Positions 17,406 through 24,108 of a stretch of 64,000 nucleotides of DNA are shown piece after piece; position 1 is the first letter of the stretch; each line of letters opens with the position of its first letter. A program made the translations under genes and the position numbers. Source of the stretch: Patescibacteria group bacterium AH-259-L05 (GTDB lineage Bacteria; Patescibacteriota; Patescibacteriia; UBA2591; UBA6264). The stretch is taken from contig JALLOO010000001.1 of NCBI GenBank assembly GCA_027717985.1, forward strand, positions 80,534 through 144,533, written 5' to 3'. The notes beneath the pieces were generated by a model. That model searched no databases, was not told the DNA's origin, and saw nothing but the letters and a program-made list of their open reading frames with translations.

Positions 17406-18149
17406 ATGTCGTTTACTTCAAAACAAGTGAGATCAGATACCTTAGGGCATGTGTTACAACAAACGCGCGAGGATAAGGGATTGAGTCTTAAAGATGTAGA
17501 ACAAAGTACGAGCATTGTTAAAAAATATTTAGAATATTTAGAAGCAGATGATTTTTATAAATTCCCCAGTACAACATATACGCGCGGGATTCTCAAACGT
17601 TATGCAGAGGCGTTAGAATTGGATGCGCGAAGTATTATAAATCAATGGGAACGAGAATATAGCGCTCCTTTGTCATCCCGTCCCCCCTTGTCATCCCGTT
17701 CCCCTTTGTCATCCCGTTCCCCTTTGTCATCCCGCGCGAAGCGCGGGAAGACAAAGGAAAAGTTGTCATCCCGCATCCCACTAAAGTGGGCTTCTCCTAA
17801 AAACGTTGTAGTACTGGCAATCCTTATCTTGATTTTATTATATATTGGTGTTAATATTAAAACAGCGATAGCACCACCATTAATTGAGATTATACATCCG
17901 CCAGATGAATTTATAGCTTCAAAGTCCAGCATTGTCGTACAAGGTACAACAAAACCTCATATAGAAGTATTTATAAACAATCAATTAATTGGCATCGCTG
18001 ATGCTTATGGGGGCTTTGAACAAGTCGTGGCCTTATTGCCTGGTTTAAATACCATTGAGATTTCAGCCAAGAAAAAATATTCGCGTATGCGAACCATATA
18101 CCGCCAGATCGTATTAGAAGCCCCCTCCCTTGTCATCCCGAGCGACTGA
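17406..18149 (+). CDS. RodZ-like HTH/transmembrane protein, with repeat-derived internal segment and repeat-derived C-terminus
   Basis: N-terminal XRE-type HTH ([38 protein letters not shown]), one TM ([16 protein letters not shown]) and a C-terminal beta-rich domain, as in RodZ. Confidence 0.6.
   Translation: MSFTSKQVRSDTLGHVLQQTREDKGLSLKDVEQSTSIVKKYLEYLEADDFYKFPSTTYTRGILKRYAEALELDARSIINQWEREYSAPLSSRPPLSSRSPLSSRSPLSSRAKRGKTKEKLSSRIPLKWASPKNVVVLAILILILLYIGVNIKTAIAPPLIEIIHPPDEFIASKSSIVVQGTTKPHIEVFINNQLIGIADAYGGFEQVVALLPGLNTIEISAKKKYSRMRTIYRQIVLEAPSLVIPSD
17665..17790 (+). repeat. Family-A repeat cluster (4 x 18-nt TTTGTCATCCCG units, a 17-bp-stem palindrome, one more unit) in frame in the rodZ-like gene
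   Basis: Encodes [41 protein letters not shown]. The palindrome is CCTTTGTCATCCCGCGC-GAA-GCGCGGGAAGACAAAGG at 17721-17757, with a GCGAAGC centre. Confidence 0.9.
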
Positions 18150-18169
18150 AAGGAGCGAGGGACTGATTC
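18121..18169 (+). repeat. Family-A repeat spanning the rodZ-like stop codon and the recA leader
   Basis: CCCCCTCCCTTGTCATCCCGAGCGACTGAAAGGAGCGAGGGACTGATTC. It encodes the last 9 aa (APSLVIPSD) and the TGA stop (18147-18149) of the upstream gene. Confidence 0.9.
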
Positions 18170-18189
18170 GTATATTAATATTGATTTTT

Positions 18190-19197
18190 ATGGCACAACA
18201 AGACCAAAAACAAGACAGGAAAAAAGCTGCAGAATCTGCAGTTGAACAGTTGCAGTCTCGGTTTGGCGAAGGGGCTATTATGAAGCTGGGAGAAGCAAAA
18301 AAAATGAAAGTAGATGTGATTCCCACCGGCTGTCTTTCCCTTGATTTAGCATTAGGCGTTGGAGGCATTCCTCGCGGCCGGGTTATAGAAATTTTTGGAC
18401 TTGAGATGACTGGAAAATCAACCCTGGCGCTTCATATCATAGCTGAAGCACAAAAAAAAGGCGGTATAGCCGCTTTTGTTGATGCCGAGCATGCGTTAGA
18501 CCCAGATTATGCCAAGCGCATTGGTGTTAAAGTTGATGATTTATTAATTTCTCAGCCAGATACAGGAGAGCAAGCCTTAGAGATTGTTGAAACATTGGTT
18601 CGCTCAAATGGGGTAGATGTGATTGTGATAGATTCAGTAGCTGCATTAACACCAAGAAAGGAGATTGAAGGCGAGATGGGAGATCATCATATTGGCCTTC
18701 AAGCCCGTTTAATGAGTCAAGCGCTGCGAAAGTTAACCAGCATCGTGGGTAAAACAAAAACTGCAGTTATTTTTATTAATCAAATTCGAATGAAAATCGG
18801 AGTTTATTTCGGGAACCCTCAGACCACGACCGGAGGGTTGGCTTTAAAATTTTATTCATCAGTTAGAATTGAACTGCGCCGTTTAGTACAAATTAAAAAA
18901 GGTGATGAAGTAATAGGCAATCGGGTTAAGGCAAAAGTAGTGAAAAATAAAGTAGCCCCACCGTTTAAAATTGCTGAGTTTGAGATTATGTATAACGAAG
19001 GAATTTCATATACGGGTGATTTGCTTAACTTAGGCGCAAAATATGGTTTGGTAACAAAAAAAGGCAACACCTTATACTATGATAAAGAAAAACTTGGTGT
19101 TGGCTGGGAAAATGCAAAAAATTATTTAAAAGAAAATTCTAAAATGGCAGCTGATCTAAAAAAACAAATCCTCAAATCCCTCAAAGAACAAGAATAA
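18190..19197 (+). CDS. recA: Recombinase RecA
   Basis: [19 protein letters not shown] (P-loop), [12 protein letters not shown] and [13 protein letters not shown] 18190 (MAQQDQK) is preferred, because the 18130 extension is encoded by the repeat. Confidence 0.95.
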   Translation: MAQQDQKQDRKKAAESAVEQLQSRFGEGAIMKLGEAKKMKVDVIPTGCLSLDLALGVGGIPRGRVIEIFGLEMTGKSTLALHIIAEAQKKGGIAAFVDAEHALDPDYAKRIGVKVDDLLISQPDTGEQALEIVETLVRSNGVDVIVIDSVAALTPRKEIEGEMGDHHIGLQARLMSQALRKLTSIVGKTKTAVIFINQIRMKIGVYFGNPQTTTGGLALKFYSSVRIELRRLVQIKKGDEVIGNRVKAKVVKNKVAPPFKIAEFEIMYNEGISYTGDLLNLGAKYGLVTKKGNTLYYDKEKLGVGWENAKNYLKENSKMAADLKKQILKSLKEQE

Positions 19198-19215
19198 AAT
19201 TCAGTATTTTAAAAA

Positions 19216-19250
19216 ATCCAGCTTCTCACTGATGAGAGCCGGATCTTTTT
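19216..19250. terminator. Bidirectional terminator-like hairpin between convergent recA and the HEPN gene
   Basis: An A6 tract, then the imperfect stem ATCCAGCTTCTC / GAGAGCCGGAT, then a T5 tract. Confidence 0.5.
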
Positions 19251-19261
19251 ATTTTCTAATT

Positions 19262-19633
19262 TTATTTAAGATTAGTTAATAATTTATCAACTTCTTGTGG
19301 AAATTTTAAAGCTTTTTTAAAAACTGCATCAGCCATCTTTTCATTATAAGTGTGGGCAATACGGTTTCTGTTGTCTAAAAATTCAAACCATGTTTCAACA
19401 TTTTCAATTAATTCTAGTTTTCCAGCTTGTCTTAGACAATTTTTAGGACTTTGGCAATTAAGGCCCTGGTCTCTAATATATTCCTGAATAGTTTTCCATC
19501 CAAGTTCAAAAGTAAATTCAAATCTTTGAACAGTAGCATCTTTATTCATTCTAGTAGGACTAGCCTTTGTTGCTTGTTTAAGTCTTTGGTTAGCTTTTTT
19601 AAGATCTTTAATTAAACTATAAAGTTTTGTCAT
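19262..19633 (-). CDS. HEPN-domain protein, HI0074-family nucleotidyltransferase substrate-binding subunit (toxin of a HEPN/MNT pair)
   Basis: VQRFEFTFELGWKTIQEY and the RNRIAHTY (Rx4-6H) motif. Overlaps the upstream MNT gene by 4 nt. Confidence 0.85.
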   Translation of the reverse strand: MTKLYSLIKDLKKANQRLKQATKASPTRMNKDATVQRFEFTFELGWKTIQEYIRDQGLNCQSPKNCLRQAGKLELIENVETWFEFLDNRNRIAHTYNEKMADAVFKKALKFPQEVDKLLTNLK

Positions 19634-19914
19634 AATTGTTTTATTTTAGACAAAGCTATGTCTTTAAATTTTTTATCAACGAATGAAAAATCAACAATAT
19701 CAACGTTATATGGCAGGTCAGATTCTTCTAATGCCTCTTCAATTAAAATCTTGGTGCTTGAAGGAATGGGTTTTTTGCTCCAAATGCCAATATCATAGTC
19801 ACTGTATTTTTTAGCTTTACCAGTTGCTCTAGAGCCAAAAATAAAGACTTTGTGAACTTTAGGATCAAGAAATTGAAAAATGATTTTTTTAATTGTTTTT
19901 TCTGCTGATTTCAT
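19630..19914 (-). CDS. Minimal nucleotidyltransferase (MNT) domain protein (antitoxin partner)
   Basis: IFGSRATGKAKKYSDYDIGIW (GS...DxD pol-beta-type NTase motif). 94 aa. Confidence 0.8.
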   Translation of the reverse strand: MKSAEKTIKKIIFQFLDPKVHKVFIFGSRATGKAKKYSDYDIGIWSKKPIPSSTKILIEEALEESDLPYNVDIVDFSFVDKKFKDIALSKIKQL

Positions 19915-20121
19915 AATTTATCTCTCATACATTATAGTGTACTATATTTGTTAAAAATTTTCGTATATGTGGTGCTGAGCAAAGTCGTTTGCTTAATCAG
20001 GGCGCTTATGTATTAGGATAACATAATACAAAAAAAGAGTAAATGGGCAGATTTGTCCAATACAAGATGAGCCCCGAATAGATCCCGCTTTCTCACGCAA
20101 AATGAGCCCCAAATTGCGTTA

Positions 20122-21429
20122 TCACAAATACCAGACAGGAATAAATTTAATAGACGTAGAGTTGATTTTTGTTTCTCCCCAAAATCCTTTTGTGAGAATT
20201 AACCCTTTTTGAGGCTTATATTGAGATACAAAATTTCTAAAACTCCTTGAGATATATGCAGATTTTAAGGCAGAATATTTTATTTCTACGGGGATAAGAT
20301 CTTTTGGTCTTTCTATAATGAAGTCTACTTCAGCGCCTGCTTTTGTTCTCCAGTATTTTAGTTCTAGTTCATCATCCTGTTTTCTTAATTGAGAAAAAAC
20401 TACATTTTCTGCTAATGCACCCATATCTGTTCTTAAGGAAATGGCGTTAAAATTATTAATAATATAGTTTCGGAGCCCTGAGTCAATAAAGTAGGTTTTA
20501 GGTGATTTTCTTATCTCTGTTGTTTTATTGGTAAAAAATGGTTTTATAAGTGAGATAATAAAGGTTTCTTCTAAAACAGAAAGATAGTGTTTAACTTCTT
20601 CAAAGTAACTGCCAGAATCATCAATAAGCGAATCATATTTAATTAGATTGCCTGTTCGGAGCCCTAATAAATTAATTAGTTTTTTAAACGTTGAAGTATT
20701 GGTTATTTTTAAAAGTTCTATAATATCTTTTTTAATATACGTATTATAAATATTTTTAAGCACTGTTCTTTTTGTTTCGTTATCATTGGTTTTTAATACC
20801 TCTGGATACCCTCCCCATATAGTATATTGTTCAAATAGTTTTTCAAAATCTTTACTAAAAATATCTTTTTTGGGAGAAATGAAGGGCTGAGAATCATCAA
20901 TAAATGCTTTTACTTGCTTAGATTTTTCCTGGTAAACATTATTGAGTTGTTTAGATTTAACTTGTAAAAACTCCTCAAAATCAAATTGCCACAGATCAAG
21001 AAAAAATACCCTTCCTACTAAAAATTTGGCTGTCTTTCCGGTTAGCTCTAAAGAAGAAGATCCGGTGATGATAAATTTAATATTATCAAATGTATCGTAT
21101 AATAGTTTTAAAATGTGTCCGCCTTGTTCTAGGTAGTGAAATTCATCTATTAAAAGATAAAATGTTTCTTTTTTGTCTGAAATTATACTTTTTATAGCCT
21201 CTCGTGCATCAAGAGTAAATTTTTCTAACATTTCATCATCTTCAAAGGTAATGAATATTATGTTATCTGGATTTACTTTTTTTTCTTGCGTTAACCATTG
21301 TTCAAGCATTCTCAAAAGAGTAGTTTTGCCTGCTTGCCGCGGACCCTTAATAGCTAAAATTTCTTTTCTATCTATCCATTTTTTAACATAAGTAAATAAG
21401 TTTCGGTTTAAATATCGTTCTTTTCCCAT
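20122..21429 (-). CDS. AAA+ ATPase with DUF4143-type C-terminal domain (AAA_14 family)
   Basis: Walker A IKGPRQAGKTTLL, LLIDEFHYL, YFIDSGLRNY, and a C-terminal restriction-endonuclease-like EVDFII motif. I prefer the start at ATG 21429 (MGKERY) because the promoter and repeats lie inside the longer ORF. Confidence 0.8.
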   Translation of the reverse strand: MGKERYLNRNLFTYVKKWIDRKEILAIKGPRQAGKTTLLRMLEQWLTQEKKVNPDNIIFITFEDDEMLEKFTLDAREAIKSIISDKKETFYLLIDEFHYLEQGGHILKLLYDTFDNIKFIITGSSSLELTGKTAKFLVGRVFFLDLWQFDFEEFLQVKSKQLNNVYQEKSKQVKAFIDDSQPFISPKKDIFSKDFEKLFEQYTIWGGYPEVLKTNDNETKRTVLKNIYNTYIKKDIIELLKITNTSTFKKLINLLGLRTGNLIKYDSLIDDSGSYFEEVKHYLSVLEETFIISLIKPFFTNKTTEIRKSPKTYFIDSGLRNYIINNFNAISLRTDMGALAENVVFSQLRKQDDELELKYWRTKAGAEVDFIIERPKDLIPVEIKYSALKSAYISRSFRNFVSQYKPQKGLILTKGFWGETKINSTSIKFIPVWYL

Positions 21430-21435
21430 AAAAAG

Positions 21436-21495
21436 TTTTAATAATAGTAGGGTTATTACTAAATACTTTTTAATAATAGTAGGGTTATTACTAAA
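21436..21495. repeat. Two 28-nt direct repeats (TTTTAATAATAGTAGGGTTATTACTAAA), 32-nt period, upstream of the AAA ATPase
   Basis: Copies at 21436-21463 and 21468-21495. The distal copy overlaps the predicted -10 and spacer. The proximal copy lies between the -10 and the ATG. Confidence 0.85.
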
Positions 21496-21501
21496 AGTCA
21501 A
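21473..21501 (-). promoter_or_regulatory. Predicted sigma70-type promoter (TTGACT-17-TATTAT) for the AAA ATPase gene
   Basis: On the minus strand, -35 is at 21501-21496 and -10 at 21478-21473. A perfect TTATCCACA/TGTGGATAA 9-mer lies 6 nt upstream, at 21508-21516. Confidence 0.5.
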
Positions 21502-21519
21502 CCCAACTTATCCACAGGC

Positions 21520-22218
21520 TCAAAATATTTTGTAATACAACATCCCTATATATTCATGAAATGCAATATCAGTTTTTCGTAAGTTTTCTGCATTGGGGAA
21601 TATGTCAGTAATAGCATAGATAAATTCTACTTTAAAATCAGTTGGCGCAGGAATAGGTAAGGTTCCTGCTTTTTCAAATATATACATTGAGCGCGGCATA
21701 TGATAGGCAGACGTAACTAAAAAGAACGGTTTATTATTGACCATTTCTTTAACATAGTATGCACTTTCTTTTGTTGTTCGTGACGTATCTTCTAGCAGTA
21801 TATTATTTTCAGGAATACCTCGATCTTTTAAAAATATTTTTACTTTTTCAGCCTCATTTATTTCAGGATTGAGCGGCCGCGAGCCAGAAATAATTATTTC
21901 GAGAGGATTGTCTGCTAAAGAATGTAATCGCAAAATCTCACTTGCACGCAAAACATTACCTTCTTTACCTCCCAAGAGCAATACAATGGTATCAGCAGAA
22001 TTAATATTTTTTTCAGTAACGATAGAATATTTGTTTTCAAGAGGATATAGGAGCAGATCAGCAATAGGGGAAAGGGAAAAAAGATAATATAAAATAAAAC
22101 CAGTAATAAGCAGTATTTTTCCGAGTTTTTGTTTCCATACAATCAGTCCTATTAAAATAAAAACACCCACAAACACACTTGGCACTATAAATTGTTGCAC
22201 AAGTTTAAACAACATCAT
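21520..22218 (-). CDS. DUF218 (YdcF/ElyC-like) domain membrane protein
   Basis: N-terminal TM helices and the TSAYHMPRS motif characteristic of DUF218. Confidence 0.7.
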   Translation of the reverse strand: MMLFKLVQQFIVPSVFVGVFILIGLIVWKQKLGKILLITGFILYYLFSLSPIADLLLYPLENKYSIVTEKNINSADTIVLLLGGKEGNVLRASEILRLHSLADNPLEIIISGSRPLNPEINEAEKVKIFLKDRGIPENNILLEDTSRTTKESAYYVKEMVNNKPFFLVTSAYHMPRSMYIFEKAGTLPIPAPTDFKVEFIYAITDIFPNAENLRKTDIAFHEYIGMLYYKIF

Positions 22219-22277
22219 ATATTAAAAGTATATTGTATTTTTTCACGTATTTACTAAAGAAATAAAAAGGAATAAGT

Positions 22278-22511
22278 TCAACAGTAGTTTTTTTTATTTT
22301 TTTCTTGCGCGGATTCATATACAATTCTCCAATCCCCAACTCTAAATTTAAAAAAACCCCTGAAGGGTTTGCCTAAAGGGAGAGGTGTAATATAATCAAA
22401 ATTATTTATAAACCAATTTAATTTATGCAGAATCCTCTTTCTAACGGGAAGATCTAATCGTCCTAAATCTTCCTCTGCTTCATCGGTAATAATAAATCGC
22501 CATTGCCTCAT
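22278..22511 (-). CDS. RelE/ParE-family toxin-like protein (C-terminally short)
   Basis: FKFRVGDWRIVYE matches the RelE/ParE core. The ORF ends soon after, within A7/A8 homopolymer runs, and the usual C-terminal HRK..Y segment is not seen. Confidence 0.5.
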   Translation of the reverse strand: MRQWRFIITDEAEEDLGRLDLPVRKRILHKLNWFINNFDYITPLPLGKPFRGFFKFRVGDWRIVYESAQEKNKKNYC

Positions 22512-22513
22512 AA

Positions 22514-22714
22514 TCAGTACTTTGCCAAAACATCTTTAAGGGCCTTAACTTTTCCTGCCTGTTTAGACCGGACAGATTTTTTTAAACGTTTAATAGCCTC
22601 GGGTCTAAGCAGCATACCAAAATCAGGATCGCTCAATATTTCTCTTAGAGCGCCAACTACTTCGCGATGAGCCATTTCACTAATTTTTCCATTTTTAGTT
22701 AAAGTTTTGGCCAT
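22514..22714 (-). CDS. Putative antitoxin partner of the RelE-like gene
   Basis: Small (66 aa from MAKTLTK) and 2 nt upstream of the toxin-like ORF. I do not recognise a family. The start is chosen downstream of the predicted promoter. Confidence 0.4.
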   Translation of the reverse strand: MAKTLTKNGKISEMAHREVVGALREILSDPDFGMLLRPEAIKRLKKSVRSKQAGKVKALKDVLAKY

Positions 22715-22733
22715 AGTTTGATTATACTTTACT

Positions 22734-22762
22734 ATTTTAGGGAAATTCCCAAAAATAGTCAA
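22734..22762 (-). promoter_or_regulatory. Predicted sigma70-type promoter (TTGACT-17-TAAAAT) for the antitoxin/toxin pair
   Basis: On the minus strand, -35 is at 22762-22757 and -10 at 22739-22734. A perfect TTATCCACA/TGTGGATAA 9-mer lies at 22780-22788, 17 nt upstream of the -35. Confidence 0.5.
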
Positions 22763-22814
22763 TACCACTTACATGCCACTTATCCACAACTATAAAAGTC
22801 GGACTTTTTTAAGT

Positions 22815-22847
22815 GAGACCGGGTTTCCTCTTGAGAAACCCGGTCTC
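22815..22847. terminator. Perfect 13-bp hairpin downstream of the wzz-like gene
   Basis: GAGACCGGGTTTC-CTCTTGA-GAAACCCGGTCTC. T-rich on the plus side and A-rich on the minus side, so orientation and function are uncertain. Confidence 0.45.
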
Positions 22848-22883
22848 TTATTCTTTCAATTTACACGTTACGGGTTATTATAT

Positions 22884-23858
22884 TTACAATCTTACCTTCC
22901 TAAAATACTCACTCGCAAACGCATAAAATATACCAATAAACAATCCTAAAATTCCCGCAATCATCACATTTTGAGTTCTGTTGGGAGCGATTCTTGTCTC
23001 AGGCGGAGCCGCCGCAACCTCAACAGTGGTGGGCGTTGTTTGATATGCTTTTTCAAACTCTTTTTGCTGTAACTGTTGATCAATATTTATTAATTGCTGC
23101 TCTAAACTTAAAATTTGCGCTTTTTTATTCTCTTCTTGATTTTTAACACCTGCTAATAAATTAATATAGCTTTCAGCAATGCGTCCTTGTCCTTCAGATT
23201 GCACATTAGCCCTTTTGCTAATTTCTTTTTCATAATACATAATATCTTCTTCCAGACGAGCAGCATCTTGTTTAATTTTTTCAATATCTTTAAAAGTTTT
23301 TTCTTTATTTTTTTCAATTGTTTCAATTTCTTTATTTAATGTTTTTTCAGCTTCAGAAAAAAGTAGTTGATGCCGATTATTCAATATTTCAACAACCGCA
23401 TTAACCATTTCAACTGATTTTTCTGGCGTTTGTCCCCGGCCTTTTATACGTACAAAGGTAGATTTTTTTATAGCATCAATATCAAAACGACCTTTTAGGG
23501 CTATAGGAAATATTTCATTAGATAATCCTAATTTTGAATGAAGTCGTTCTAAGGTTATTTCCCGATCAAATATTGCCTTAATATCATCAACACTTTCTAT
23601 GTTTGACCCTTTTATTTGTGAGATTTTTACTAAAGATGTTGCCTCAAATGTTTCAGGCATAGTTAAACTAATGACCGCAGTAAGTATTACCGCTGCAAAA
23701 AAAATCGCCAAGATTTGCACTTTTCTTTTTAAGAGCACATCAATATAATCACGCAAATCAATTTCCTCCTCATAAACAACATTGTCATTGCGAGGCGCCG
23801 TAGGCGCCGAAGCAATCTCATTTTGCTCCTTGTTTTTTTCTTGATTTTGATTTTCCAT
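22884..23858 (-). CDS. Polysaccharide chain-length determinant (Wzz-like) protein
   Basis: N-terminal EEEIDLRDYIDVLLKRK followed by a TM, a long coiled-coil periplasmic region, and a C-terminal TM (IAGILGLFIGIFYAF). Confidence 0.65.
   Translation of the reverse strand: MENQNQEKNKEQNEIASAPTAPRNDNVVYEEEIDLRDYIDVLLKRKVQILAIFFAAVILTAVISLTMPETFEATSLVKISQIKGSNIESVDDIKAIFDREITLERLHSKLGLSNEIFPIALKGRFDIDAIKKSTFVRIKGRGQTPEKSVEMVNAVVEILNNRHQLLFSEAEKTLNKEIETIEKNKEKTFKDIEKIKQDAARLEEDIMYYEKEISKRANVQSEGQGRIAESYINLLAGVKNQEENKKAQILSLEQQLINIDQQLQQKEFEKAYQTTPTTVEVAAAPPETRIAPNRTQNVMIAGILGLFIGIFYAFASEYFRKVRL
23782..23819 (+). repeat. Family-A-like GC-rich hairpin repeat in frame in the wzz-like gene N-terminus
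   Basis: TTGTCATTGCGAGGCGCCGTAGGCGCCGAAGCAATCTC: the same TTGTCAT lead and ATTGC-GA...GA-GCAAT architecture. Encodes EIASAPTAPRND on the minus strand. Confidence 0.6.
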
Positions 23859-23872
23859 AGATTGGTCGATTG

Positions 23873-24103
23873 TTAAATTCTTGTTAAAATATCTAAATAT
23901 TCTTTTGATGATATACCTAATATTCTTAAATTGTTGCGTATAATAAATATTGGCAGTTCAGAGTATCGAGGAATTATTACTGGTCTTTTTAGATCATCTC
24001 TCCACTAAGTTCGGCGATCTCCTTTTTCTCTTACAAAGTGACAGCCAACAAATAATACAAATTTTTCAAATTTTTTCCAATGAATAGGAACCAAACGAAA
24101 CAT
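23873..24103 (-). pseudogene. hicA: HicA-like toxin gene interrupted by an in-frame TAG
   Basis: Single frame: MFRLVPIHWKKFEKFVLFVGCHFVREKGDRRT-TAG(24007-24005)-WRDDLKRPVIIPRYSELPIFIIRNNLRILGISSKEYLDILTRI. GDR replaces the usual GSH motif. Confidence 0.6.
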
Positions 24104-24108
24104 GTAGT

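Noticed and set aside
18130-18189. recA start at 18130 ([20 protein letters not shown] extension)
   Set aside because: The extension is encoded by the family-A repeat and an AT-rich leader. The conserved RecA N-terminus begins at ATG 18190 (MAQQDQK...).
17642-18368. Antisense ORFs 17642..17932 and 18114..18368 ([12 protein letters not shown]... peptides)
   Set aside because: These are shadows of family-A repeat copies and of the recA 5' region. They have no independent coding signal and overlap strongly supported genes on the + strand.
20067-20110. ATGAGCCCC occurring twice (20067-20075 and 20102-20110) downstream of the AAA ATPase gene
   Set aside because: It is a short (9-nt) match with no associated ORF, hairpin or promoter geometry, so it could be chance or a remnant. 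Noted only.
7638-22788. Replication origin inferred from perfect DnaA boxes
   Set aside because: The three boxes are 1-14 kb apart rather than clustered. No dnaA or dnaN gene and no AT-rich unwinding element lies beside them. They are better explained as promoter-proximal sites.
24005-24007. TAG reassignment (alternative genetic code) suggested by the readthrough-compatible hicA frame
   Set aside because: rpoB, rpoC and ftsK in the same window terminate at TAG at their expected C-termini, and no other in-frame TAG was noticed in conserved genes. A nonsense mutation in a dispensable toxin is the simpler explanation.
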